The notes under the pieces were generated by a model that saw only the letters and a list, made by a program, of their open reading frames with translations, did no database searches and had not been told where the DNA came from. 64,000 nucleotides of DNA. It comes from Lophium mytilinum (Eukaryota). This document shows, in pieces, positions 36,420-48,084 of the stretch. Both the position numbers and the translations under genes were made by a program. The DNA is taken from positions 1,119,673 through 1,183,672 of the forward strand of contig MU004188.1 of NCBI GenBank assembly GCA_010093605.1, in the 5' to 3' direction. The stretch's first letter is position 1. The number at the start of each line of letters is the position of its first letter.

Positions 36420-36960
36420 AGCATGATGCTGAAATAATCTCGGTAAGTATATCTTACAGGGCATTGTAGCATAACCCTATTTTAGAAGGATCATATTTAA
36501 GGCTAATACTATTTTACACCTGCTATAGTATTATACTATTATTATTACAAGATAATTCTATTATAAGCAGGTGTTCCGTAAGAAAACAATGTTCGCGGTA
36601 AAATCATATATAGCCCTAAAACCATATTCTACGCCATTATTTTCTAGGCGTCCTCGGGTACCCCTCTTTGGCTCCCTCGGTAATACAATATTATTTGCAA
36701 TACCAACGCTTTTAGGCTAATTCTCTCTTAATAATTAGTCTTTACAAAATTTCACCCTAGGCTAGCCTATTGCGCATTACTGTAGGCGGGCTGTTGGCGT
36801 ACTATAGCTAGGTAGGGACCCGGGTGCCGAATAAGACATTTACTTATGTAAGGTGAATATTACAAGCTTACGTAAGCAAGGCAGAACAGCGTGTTCGGAA
36901 GGAAATAATGTTCGCCTGCAAAATAATGTTCAGCGCAACAGGATGTTAGGCCAGCAAAAC
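36420..36960. mobile_element. AT/TpA-rich, probably RIP-degraded transposon relic with an internal ~45-bp degenerate direct repeat
   Basis: Abrupt AT enrichment. GTGTTCCGTAAGAAAACAATGTTCGC (~36570) resembles GTGTTCGGAAGGAAATAATGTTCGC (~36891). No credible ORF. Confidence 0.5.
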
Positions 36961-37369
36961 TATCTTTCTACAACATATGCTGTTTATGACATTGCTAGTA
37001 AAGGTAATTAAAGCCGAATGTATTTTCTATCTTGAAATCATTCCCACATTATCACAGCATCGTGCTCGCCTACCGGCTTGGCGCGGTAAGGTTCATGCCC
37101 TGCGTGCCAGTCAACCCGGTGTATATAATTCGCCGTGCGCCGTCCTCACAACACAACTTTCACAACAAGCTTCACTCCCTCTTGGAAATTGACATGTAGC
37201 TAGTCTTCAAACCTCCTGTTATGATGAGGTGGTATTTGTGACGGTCTAATCCGATTGGCTACTTACAATGTAACATGCAGGGCTCGAAGCAAAGTCAACC
37301 TGATCTAGGCACGACTACGGCCAGCTTCAAAGCCCGACTTAGCACCACAGCTCTGATACAGTCTACAAA

Positions 37370-37727
37370 CTCGTAATGGTGCGTACACAGTGAGGATTCC
37401 GTTTGGACTGCCCTTCCCTTTCGTACTGGGGCAATTGTCCGCAATCTCGCAATGGTGCATTGCGAGGAGCCCGTTTGGGCCCTTTTCGTACCGGTAGATT
37501 CTTAGCAATGGTACGAATCATGCATTTCTCGTAATGTCTAACATGTATATTTGTTCCCTATGTGTCAACTTTTTACTAGTACAATTTTTAGAATGGTACG
37601 CGCTCGTAATGGTCCCTAATACAAGTTTCTTTATAATGGTACGCACCTCGGAATGGTATGGATATCGCACCAATCCCTATGGCGACAACTTTGTAATGGT
37701 AAGCATCTCGTACTATCTCCCATTACG
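37370..37727. repeat. Degenerate array of a (CTC)GTAATGGT(ACG) motif
   Basis: AATGGT cores start at 37375, 37451, 37507, 37592, 37608, 37635, 37652 and 37695; variants at 37528 and 37707; one inverted copy at 37720. Confidence 0.75.
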
Positions 37728-37906
37728 CCAAATTAGGGTGAGGCGGTCCTCAGCTTCCGGCTTAACAAGCTGAGTTTGTAATCTTACATCAATCAGCTTC
37801 AAAATTGGGAACCCCGAATCCCGAAACGGTATATTTCCTTAAAAGAAACAGCGGGTGAACATATATCTCATATCTAACTTCATATTTAACATCTTAATAC
37901 TCTAGA

Positions 37907-39257
37907 ATGTCATCTCCCAAGCTATCAGCTCTCGTGTTTGGAGCGTCCGGTATCACCGGATGGGCCATTACTCGTACCGCTCTCGAATATCCCACTCCGA
38001 CAACATTTTCTCGAGTCATTGGACTCACGAATCGGCCACTTAGTCTTGAGGACTCTCAGCTTCCCGCAGATCCGCGTCTGTCATTGACTAGCGGCGTAAA
38101 TTTGTCGGGCGACGTTGAGGCTATCGTCAAGGCTCTTGCAGATGTCAAGGGTATCGAGGAAATCACCCACGTTTATTTCAGTGGTAAGTCTAATAAGACA
38201 CTTTCATTTTGGAATACCACTTAGCTGACTTTGTATTAGCTTATGTGCATAAAGGTTGGGGAGACAGCGAAGAAGCAACCGCGAATGTGGAGATTCTCCT
38301 AAACTCACTCAAAGCTGTCGAACGCCTTTGCCCAAATCTGCAGTTTGTAACGTGGGCATCAGGAGGAAAGTGGTACGGACACGGCCATTTCCAAACCGTC
38401 AAACCAAAAGCTCCGTTCAGAGAAAGCGATCCGAGAGTGCCACCGCCTATTGGCGATGAAATTTTCTACTACAACCAATATGATGCCATCACAGCTTTCG
38501 CCAAAGGTAAGAAGTGGGATTTTGCAGATATCAGACCGGACGCAGTAGTAAGCACTCGCTTTCTTTTATCCACAATGGAGACCAGTAAAGCTTAGCTTGT
38601 GACAGATCGGGTTCGTACCTAACAACAACCCCATGAACCTCGCTCAGCCAATAGGCCTCTATCTCTCCCTTTGGTCGACTCTCAATCCCGGAAAGCCAGT
38701 CCCCTTCCCTGGCACTGTCGGAGCATACAGCGGACCCCACAGTCTGCATACAAGTTGCTTTCAAGATCAAGCCGCAAAATTGCATATTTTCGCGTCTTTG
38801 CACCCTGAGAAAACCGCTGGTGGCTCCTTCAATATTGCTGATGCCGATGTCGGTGGTAAGTGGGAAGATGTATGGCCGGGGCTCTGCGCATACTTTGGGC
38901 TCCAGGCTTCAGGACCTGTGGAGGGCGTCGTATCAGGAGAGGAGTGGGTGAAGGGGCATCAAGATGAGTGGAATGGGTGGGAGGAGAGTCATGGGTTAAA
39001 GGAGGGCGTCTTAGAAGGAACGATTTGGGGGATTATGACTTTTGTGGTGTAAGTTTTTGTGGCTCTTAGGTGGACTCGACGATTCTATTGCTGACTTTTG
39101 CTCTAGTGGTGAGTATTCTGAGTGGGATCGCAGTTTTGACATTAGTCTGGCTAGAGAGATTGGCTTTACTGAGTCGATCGATCATGTTGAGGGGTATCGC
39201 CGAACTTTCGATAGGATGATCAAAGCGAATATGATGCCACCTGTGAAATGCATATAG
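37907..39257 (+). CDS. PRISE-like (progesterone-5beta-reductase/iridoid-synthase-like, SirQ-type) short-chain reductase; exons 37907-38183, 38240-38547, 38606-39048, 39107-39257
   Basis: ALVFGASGITGW Rossmann motif, SGGKWYG, PFRESDPR, FYYNQYD, IRPDAV|IGFVP, FNIAD, DISLAREIGF. Confidence 0.88.
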
Positions 39258-40448
39258 ATACTGTTTGATGGACAGGCAAGGTATAGGAGGGTATAGGCGG
39301 GCATGACTAGAGTCTATAGATTTGCATCATTAGCCCTAAATATAAATAATAGCGAACAAGAAAGCTAGAACACGATGGTCAATATCTACCCTTGCGATGG
39401 TCGTTGCCGCCATTTTGGACTAAATCTATGTTATATGGTCGCATCTGTAGTAGCAGGGTCAAATCTTGCTATTAGTCCGCTGGGGCCTTGCTCTTGATGG
39501 AGCGGGGAAAGGCCCCATAAAACGGCGTCACAAAGGTCCGTTTTTGGAGGGGGGGTTTACCTGAAACCGGCGTTGGTGTGTCATTGGGAGCTAGAGTAGT
39601 CTAGCCTTCAAACTCTGCACGAATTGGAAAAAAGCGCCCGGGATTAGAGTGGTGGACATTGTCAACTTCTTAGACCCTACTTTTGAGCATGCAAACTCTA
39701 AGATACCGGTATGTAGAATAAGTTTTGGGGTAATATTGGTATAAACAAGTGGGAAGGGATAGAAAGCATGGCCTCTGGGGAATTCTGGCAATGATAGAAC
39801 AATGTTCCAGTCTGAGGTTCCTCGTTCTTTGTTCTTCATCGTCCGAGTCAGCTTTCACCGGCATCATCAAGGTCTTGTAATCCAACACCTCCAGTAATTA
39901 TTGGCTCTTTAGCATCTGAACCTACAGGTGAGCTGTCCTTTTAGTGTTACGGCCGTAAAGAGGGGTGCAGCTCTTACCAATATCGTCGTACCACAAGGGA
40001 GGGCTTACTAAACGCGCCGCCACCAGACAAAACATTCCCGCTCCTGTGACAACCTAGTCCAATCGAACTTTCTACCACTGCGATATCTCCGTGTTCACAA
40101 AATCGTTATTAGCTCACCTTCTCAAGCCACTTTGTGCCACAAACCACTTATCTCCGACACTATTCAAGATTCTCTCCTTAGCTGCTAACCGGACCCATAA
40201 GGCTGCTTGATTACTCGCATACTCTTCAATCAGGTAAGCGAGCGCTAGCGTTTCCAAATCAAGGTATTGGTAACACATTAAACAGAGCCGAGTAAACAAC
40301 AGTATAGTACTGCACTCGTATATAAAGGAGGCGTTCAGAGTCCCCTCTCAAACCACACCAAGTTTCGTCTCCACCTTTACAACAGTTCAGTCCATCTCCA
40401 CATCCAACCACACTTCATCTCTTCATCACCAACTTTCAAGATATCACC

Positions 40449-41560
40449 ATGCCATCCGACATCACCGTCTTCAAAGGCTCCGAAAGCGGCCAACTCGTAC
40501 AGAGCATAACCCCCGGTGCACCCCTTCAAGACGGCCAAGTCCTCGTCAAGATCCACCATGCTTCCCTCTGCGGCACAGACCTGCACTACCTCCATAGCGA
40601 CCAAGTGATCGGCCACGAGGGCGCCGGCGTCGTCGAAGAACTCGGCCCGGGCGTGAAGCACCTGAGAATGTACCACTCTACTCTCCCCTTCTCCTCATTC
40701 CTCTTTTAATATCACCCCAGCGGCGCCCGCGTTGGCTTCGGCTGGCACCACGACTCCTGCGGCGCCTGCCCCGAGTGTCTTCGCGGCGACGGCCCACATT
40801 GCAGAGTAGACCCGCACGCCTTTGGTGACCACGAGCTCGACCAGGGCGGCTTCGCGACCCACGCGGTTTGGCAAGCTGACTTCCTCCATCCCATCCCGGA
40901 CGCGCTGAGCACAGCGGATGCCGCGCCGCTGATGTGTGCGGGGATGACGGTGTACACGCCGCTGATCCGCAACGTGAAGCCCGGGCAGCGGGTCGGGGTC
41001 GTGGGGATCGGGGCGCTGGGGCATCTGGCGATCCAGTTTGCGGCGGCGATGGGGGCGGAGGTGGTAGCGTTCTCTGGGACGGACTCGAAGAAGAGCGAGG
41101 CAATCAAGTTTGGGGCGAAGGAGTTTGTGGCTACGAAGGGGAAGAAGGACTTGGCTGCAGAGCTGAAGGGGGGGCTTTTGAATCATTTGGTTGTTACGAC
41201 GAGTGCTGTGCCGGATTGGAACCAGTGAGTTGTATTTCATCTGAAAGCGGTTTTGAGGGGTTTCACTGACTGTTTGATAGGTACATCGGGCTTATGGCAC
41301 CCTATGGGAGCCTCTACCCCTTGACAATCTCGTTCGGCAACTTGGAGATCCCTATCATCCCGTTTGTGGTCAAGTCTCTCAACTTCGTTGGGAGCACAGT
41401 CGGTTCGCGCGTTGAGTTCAAGCAGATGCTGGATTTCGCGGTGCTGCATGATATTAGGCCGGTGATTGAGAAGTTCCCCCTGACGCTTGACGGTCTTGCG
41501 GAGGCAAAGTCGAAGATGGAAAAGGGAGAGTTGAGATATAAGGCTGTCATGGAGGCATAG
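40449..41560 (+). CDS. Zn-dependent medium-chain alcohol dehydrogenase (CAD/ADH6-like, probably NADP-linked); exons 40449-40669, 40721-41224, 41281-41560
   Basis: LCGTDLH, GHEGAG, structural Zn C-x2-C-x2-C-x7-C, AAPLMCAGMTVY, GIGALGHLAIQFA, and Ser rather than Asp at the end of the second beta strand (AFSGTDSK). Confidence 0.93.
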
Positions 41561-41938
41561 GCTTTGGGTGCTCGAAGAATAATAATGAGACCGAGACCAT
41601 AGCTGCTATCAGCCTTGAGAAAAATACGCTTTTGATAAATGGACTTGATGGAATTTCAACCGTACGGAATAGGTGGAATTGAACAAAATGTTGAAAGAGA
41701 TGTCAGATACGAGGCTCGATTCATTGGAGTGGTGAAATCTCAATCAGATGTGCCTCATTCAGTGGACTAGCTTTCATGACGTGTCGTGATATAGGACTCA
41801 TACCCAAGAACCAAGCCATATACTGACTTCAAAACACCATCCTAGGATCGAAGTCGCCGATTAACTTACCCAAAATTCCCTGGCAGATATTGCCATAACG
41901 ATATGGAGACGCAAGCTTGATTGTGACCACCGACTCAA

Positions 41939-42997
41939 TTATGTATCGGTCCCGAGACCCATTGCTGCGCGCGCCTCACTGTAGCGGCGTTCCTCGTCCG
42001 CCATCCGCTTTATTTTCTTTTTGTCCCTTAGCGCGGCATCATAGTCATCACGAAGGATCCCTTCCTGCCACACCCAGACAGGCGATCTGGGGATCGTCCT
42101 AGCCTTCACCGACGTACTGACCGCCACCCAGTTAGGGTCATCCACCCTCTCACCTCTCCCTAGATTAGTCCATGCCACAATCTGCACCTGGGAACGGTTT
42201 TTCTTGGTCTGCGTCAACCTGGCCTCGAATTCAGTCGGGCAGTACAAACAGCGCGTGATTCCATGATATTGAACAGGATGGTCGCCCGCACGTTCGATAA
42301 TGCTCTTAATAGTATCACTCAAGCTCCCGTTTTGTCCCCGAAGCTCAGACACGGATAGATGCGGGCAGATCTTACTCCAATACTCAGTCGTGATGTTGCC
42401 CTCCCTCCAATTTGGTGTCATAGGCTTCGGCCGCCAGAATACGTACTCAGCCCGCAGGATCAGCTCCCCAGCAGCTGTGATGGCCGCGGAAGTCTTCGTG
42501 TTGTATCTGCAGTTCAGGTCTATGGAGCTAGTGAGCCATGTCTTGAGGCACTTTGTGCTGATGCCGTAGGCTGAGCCGAGTCGGTGCTTCTGCATAACCA
42601 GGTACAGGTGGTGGAAGTGTAGCGTGAAGCCAGACCCAAAGCGCTGTGCCGTGGTGTCTTTGAAGCAGGTTGCGGGCCATGGTCCTCTATTATTGAGGGC
42701 TTCCCATCGGTCGAAGTGTTTGCGAGTATGCAGTACACCGCACCCGCGACATAGAAAATGGTGGCGGAAATTTGGTTCGATTAGCGCGAGGAAGTCGCTG
42801 CGTTCTGCAACGGAGCTCGATAGCTGCTCATATTCGGGCCCAACGATGGCGCGAATTCGCTTACTCGTTAAAGAGAGTGCAGCACGGGAGGAGAGTGGGA
42901 GGAGAGACGAGATGTTCTGGAGAAGTTCCGTGGGTAGTTGGCTGAGCGGATCAGTCGGTGGACTACGGGGGGGTTTGTGGCGCATGTAGAAGATCAT
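41939..42997 (-). CDS. F-box domain protein (lineage-specific family); probable upstream intron 43108-43184
   Basis: PLSQLPTELLQNISSLLPLSSRAALSLTSKRI F-box; CxxC..H, CPH, RCLYCPTEF and AWTNLG motifs recur in fungal F-box families. Start codon uncertain. Confidence 0.8.
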   Translation of the reverse strand: MIFYMRHKPPRSPPTDPLSQLPTELLQNISSLLPLSSRAALSLTSKRIRAIVGPEYEQLSSSVAERSDFLALIEPNFRHHFLCRGCGVLHTRKHFDRWEALNNRGPWPATCFKDTTAQRFGSGFTLHFHHLYLVMQKHRLGSAYGISTKCLKTWLTSSIDLNCRYNTKTSAAITAAGELILRAEYVFWRPKPMTPNWREGNITTEYWSKICPHLSVSELRGQNGSLSDTIKSIIERAGDHPVQYHGITRCLYCPTEFEARLTQTKKNRSQVQIVAWTNLGRGERVDDPNWVAVSTSVKARTIPRSPVWVWQEGILRDDYDAALRDKKKIKRMADEERRYSEARAAMGLGTDT

Positions 42998-44140
42998 AGT
43001 TGTCAAGAAGCGAGATTGTCTACTACGGATATGAAGGTGGCTACCGGGTTTTCGAGCGGTATAGGCTTGCTTGCTGATATCAATAGCGCTTTGACACAAC
43101 TTCAGACTCTGAGTGAGTTGTTAGTGTGTTGTTTTGATCGGATATGATATGCCGGTCCAATTTAGACAGCGTTGTTCGACATACCTTTACCCCGCGCGGT
43201 GGACCTTCGCGACGGCAATAGTGTATCGTATGCGGACTAGTTATGTGAAAACAGCCAGCCTTGAATGATGAGTGTGAATTAGGTCGCCGCGGTCGGTAAT
43301 ATTCCAGAGGTGAACAGAGGATGGCACACTTCTCTCTCACTTCAATGTTTCGCCTGCGAAGTCAAGTGCCACTGTCTAGGAACACGTTCAGAAGTTGAGA
43401 AGAACGACCCAGAAGATCAGGCCGAGAGATTCGACGGTGAGAGGTTCGAGGCTGAAAGTGCTATGGCTGAAAGACCCACCAGCGCAGCATCGTCGCAGCT
43501 AAATTCGAACTCTATATATCTCATATAGTCATAGCCCCGTATGGTAAGTCTATTTTGGGAGATTGGTGATGCATCGACGGTGGTAGAACCGGCGGGATTA
43601 TCTACGAGCTGAAGTTCCAAGGTTGCATGACACCTAGACCTAGGGACGTTTGGCTGCCTGTTGATGTGAGCCTCGCGTCCTGATTGGCTGTAAGCGACAG
43701 GGCGAGACGCCTCACTGGGGGGCACACGTGTGCTCCCCGGTGGCGAGTATATTGGGAGGTCCAGCACAACAACCGCAAGTTTCTACCTGTATGGTACATA
43801 AAGTGCTTGATCACCTTCTTCAGCCTCGCGAGCGACTGAGTAATGCGAAAGTAGAGTCTGCAGCCCAAGCGCGGCACCCAATTCCACCCAGAGCTCTTTC
43901 GATAGCCATTCGTGACACATGTCAGAAATCAGAGGTATATAGACGGTTGCATGGCTATGATAAGTTCTATCTTGGAAGCAGTGAGAGCTTGCATAATTAG
44001 GGATGCTTTCGCCCCTTGCAGTTGTTGGCCTGGATCTTGAGAGACAGTATTCTAAACAGGGGGTCTGAACTTTTAGTCCCCGGAGGCGAAGGTTAATCAT
44101 CCGCACCAACACCAGGCGCTTGGATGAGAGACCTACTAGC

Positions 44141-45529
44141 TTAAAGTGTACTTCCAATTCGCAAGAGATATTCAAGCTGAGGGATCCATTTGAAATTGGG
44201 AAGAACCATATGATCGCCCCGGCGAGTGTTGCATTTCTCGAAGGTTTCAGAGATCTCCATGATGACCTTCCAGATTCTTCGCCTATTCTTCAGTGGATGG
44301 TATTTAGTTCGAGAACTGCAAGCCTTCTTCACGGCCAAATACCTGTGAAACCAGTTGATCTCGAAAGGACGTATGTCGCCCTCGGGGTAAGCAAATCCCA
44401 TCTCGGACTCGGGGAGGAATTTACTTCGCCAAAATGCCTGTGGGAGTTCCTGAGGCCGTGTGCTGTTCGCGACAGACGGAGACGCTAATCTGAGTGCACA
44501 CACATCTTTTGAAGGTAACAAGAGTAGTATCATGTGAAGAAGCTCAGGAGGTAGGTGGTAGAATGCATCCGAGGAATCACTCGTCGTCTGTGTGATTCTC
44601 AAGTGTCTCTGTGTGGAAGATCTCCCTCGTCGCCAACCGGGAGACTTCGCGGACTCGTATTGTTTGATGAGGTTGTCGATGGTAGGTAAATTGTCCAGGA
44701 CGGAGAGCTCGCAAGGGTTCGCATGAACAGTCTTCCATTTTGTCGCCATTTTAGACAACACGAGGCTCTCGTCTAGGCATTTAGGATCGATACCGTAGAT
44801 AGACTTGGGCTCAAGATGCTGCTCTGGACGGATGTCGAGAGAAATGAGGAAGTTGAAGAGACTTGGTGCAAGAGTAGAACCGTCGTGACCTGATACGGAA
44901 GTGCATGATTTCAGTAGATTCCAGCACGCGTCGTGGATAGGGAATGCCCAAAAGGAGTCGTAAGGGCGAAAGACCGGAAAGGCCTCATAGTTGGCCGGAC
45001 GTAGGATCGAGAACTGGCAGTTTGCGATCGAAAGGTCATCAAGGTCTCTCCATTTGGTGGCATCAGGTGGCGCAAATAAGACCGTGTGTTGCGTGACCTC
45101 TAAGAGGAAGCCGACGCCGGTAACATATGGAGAGGATCCCTTTCGAGATCTCACTGTAGACACCGAGGTCATCGTTAGCTCCTTTATAAGTAAGACTGAG
45201 AGAAGATGTGATGCGCCATCGTGAGTCTGTATACGCTGATCTGTTGCTGTTTTGGGGTGCCCAGCCAATACATTGATGGTTCGAGATGATCAATGTCTAT
45301 CTCGTTCCAGGTCTTGCCAGTGTGCCGGGACTCTCATGACAATAGCAAGGAACTATACGGGCAAAATTGACAAGATATAGCACTTACCAAGACGGAGTTC
45401 CTCATGCCAATCAGATGGGCGGTCTCTATCCCAGGCTGAATTCCAAGCGGTCGGTTGTCGACCGAGCTTCATTCGCTCGAAGAAGGCGCCACAAAGAGGA
45501 CAGTAGATACAGGCGATATGCTCGGACAT
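44141..45529 (-). CDS. Second F-box protein with internal F-box, possibly C-terminally truncated; exon 45529-45388, long intron 45154-45387, exon 45153-44141
   Basis: YCPLCG...WHEELRL|VRS...YVTGVG, AFPIHDACW, F-box DAFYHLPPELLHMILLLLPSKDVCALRLAS, LPQAFWRSKF, LKNRRRIW. Confidence 0.72.
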
Positions 45530-45994
45530 TGTGGTTTTCTTGTCATCGGTCGAAACCAACTTGTTCAACCAAGCCCCGAGGGGAGTGCACAAGCCGTAAG
45601 CGACCGTTGACGAGGTGGCCTGGCGAGGTGAATGAGCTTCCAAACGATCGCCGTGAGTTTGGTCGTGGGTTCCTAGAAAAAGAGAGTAAAGGACTTTGAA
45701 GTGGTAGCAAGGTAAAGTCCGTAGATTTCCTCCTTATATTGTGTCTTTTTCCGAAAGGGAAGACGAGGAGTGTTTCTACTTTTCGACGGTATTGAGCCGG
45801 TGGCAAATTAGGCGTCTTGTCGTTCAGTTGGATGCAAGGCTAGTTGGTTAGACTGTAGGGGCCTGGTGAAGAAGTATATATACTTCAGCTGATGGGGTTG
45901 GTGGAGAGTTGATGGTGAGGGCAAGGCTGAAAGTAAAGGATGATGCATGCAGGGACGGCCAAGTGAGAAGCTCGCGTCACTCTGGCAGGGGTAT

Positions 45995-46398
45995 CACGCG
46001 GGGCATGAAAAAGGTGGCACTTTATTCTGCGCTGTGTACCCCTGCTCATGGTGCTTTAATGCATTTTTAAAAGTATAAATGAGATAGAAACTCTTAGCTT
46101 TAGGCTATGGAAAAACTTATTAAGGTGCTCTAAGTAGCATTATACTGGGAGCACCTACTATACCTACTAGGTAGAACAGTAATAAGAGAGCGTAGAAGAT
46201 AAGTAGAAGAAATTAGCAGTCTATAGATTAATAAGGCATATCTACTACTTCTATACTTATTTAGCACTGTAAGAGGCTGTCCTCTAGTATACTATTGCTG
46301 CTTCTAAAATACCAGCTTTGGCAAGCCTAATAGCTCTTCGGGCCACCTCAGACAGTGTTGAGCTGCGGTAATGTGCCACTTTTCTCATGCCCGGCGTG
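45995..46398. mobile_element. 404-bp MITE-like element with 26-bp terminal inverted repeats and a RIP-like interior
   Basis: CACGCGGGGCATGAAAAAGGTGGCAC (45995-46020) versus reverse complement of 46373-46398 (CACGCCGGGCATGAGAAAAGTGGCAC), 23/26 identical; interior is TpA-rich and non-coding. Confidence 0.85.
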
Positions 46399-46760
46399 GG
46401 GGTCCAGGGTCTAGCCTGCCGGGCAAACTCCGTGCAAACTGGCTTGCACGAGACCTCTCTACCTACCTACGTATGCACTCAATTCCACATACACCACCTC
46501 ATACATCACACAATACTCCCGACCAAATCCTCCCGCTGTTGTTTAGAGTATATACCCCCCAGCCGTAAGTCCCGCCATGCTCCACTAGTTCCTAACACTC
46601 CCGCTCGTTCCATGTCGTTCAACAACGAGCGCTGCATTCACCACACATGCCGTGGGGTTTTTCGGCCTTCGCTAGTTGGCTTCACTAGTTGTACTAGATA
46701 GAGTGATGAATGCTGATTGAAGATTTTGCAGGCCCAAAACCCCCAATTACTACCCTCAGA

Positions 46761-48084
46761 ATGGCTGCTCTTCAGAAGTCTGAGGCCATTCGGCATATCC
46801 AACTTTCCTACGACAACACCGATTCACAGAAGTCAGCCCTGCAACTCATACTAGCCCTCAGACCTGAGTGGAAGGCTACGCAGGAGACGATCACTTTTGT
46901 CAAATTTACCGACGGCATCACGAACCAGCTGTTCAAAGCCATCAACAAGCTACCGGGACTGTCGGAGAAGCAGGTGGACCGAGAGGCTGTGCTACTGAGA
47001 GCATATGGCAAAGGAACAGATGTGCTGATTGACCGCGAGAGTAAGTGCTCCGACGAACTTGGTCTGAATGCCTCTAACCCGTGTCACAGGAGAAGCACTC
47101 GCACACTCGCTGCTGGCCCGCCACGACCTCGCGCCGTCGCTCCTTGCTCGGTTCGAAAACGGGCTCCTTTATAAATATGTTGAGGGCAGTGTCTGCTCGC
47201 CAGCTGATCTCCGCCGACCAGAGGTCTGGCGTGGTGTAGCGAAGCGATTGGGAGAATGGCACGCAACACTCCCCATTTCAGCCATTAGCTCAGAACCCAC
47301 CCCTAGCCTTTCAAATGGCCACCCCACAAAACCTCGCAATAGGCGAACTGCGTCTCTTGAAGCAATTGAAAAACTCATCCCTGGCAAACCAGTTCCAAAC
47401 CTCTGGACTGTCATGCAGAAATGGATCCTTGCCCTCCCCTCCACCTCACAAGCTGAAAAGACCCGATGCGACACACTCCAGACAGAACTCGAATGGCTCG
47501 TCCAGACATTCGGCAATGCCGCTGGCCTCGACGCCAAACCCTTTGTCTTCGCCCATTGCGACCTTCTAAGTGGAAATGTCATCATCCACCCATCCTCATC
47601 CGCATCCTCGTCAAGGTCCAGTACTTCTACCTGCTCCGACGAAAGTGACGCTTCCGTCGAGGTGTCTTTCATCGACTACGAGTATGCAACACCCGCACCT
47701 GCGGCCTTCGATCTCGCCAACCATTTCGCGGAGTGGGGCGGCTTCGACTGCGATTTCAACGTCCTTCCAACCCGCTCTCAGCGCCGCGATTTCCTCAAGG
47801 CATATCTAGCGAGCTACAATTCACACACCAACCGCTCGTTTGACAGCTCTGAGTCTGAGCGGCTGTTCGAGGAGGTCGACCGCTTCCGTGGCGTGCCAGG
47901 CTTCTATTGGGGAATTTGGGCGCTGATTCAAGCTCAGATCTCGCAAATTGACTTTGATTACGCTAATTATGCCGAGATCAGATTGGGCGAGTTCTGGGCG
48001 TGGAAAGCAGAGGTTGAGGGAAAGAGGGAGAAAGAGGGAAGCGAACTGCCGTTGCGGGAGCGAAGATGGGCACAGGAAGAGTAG
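46761..48084 (+). CDS. EKI1: Ethanolamine (choline/ethanolamine) kinase; exons 46761-47040, 47090-48084; probable 5'-UTR intron 46565-46731
   Basis: FTDGITN, LLRAYGKGTDVLIDRE|RE, ARFENG, Brenner motif HCDLLSGN, FIDYEYA, FDLANHFAEW, FYWGIWA. Confidence 0.92.

Noticed and set aside
39591..40090. Minus-strand gene fragment with an intron-like GTAAGA...ACAG
   Set aside because: No spliced frame stays open and no family is recognisable; at most unidentifiable debris.
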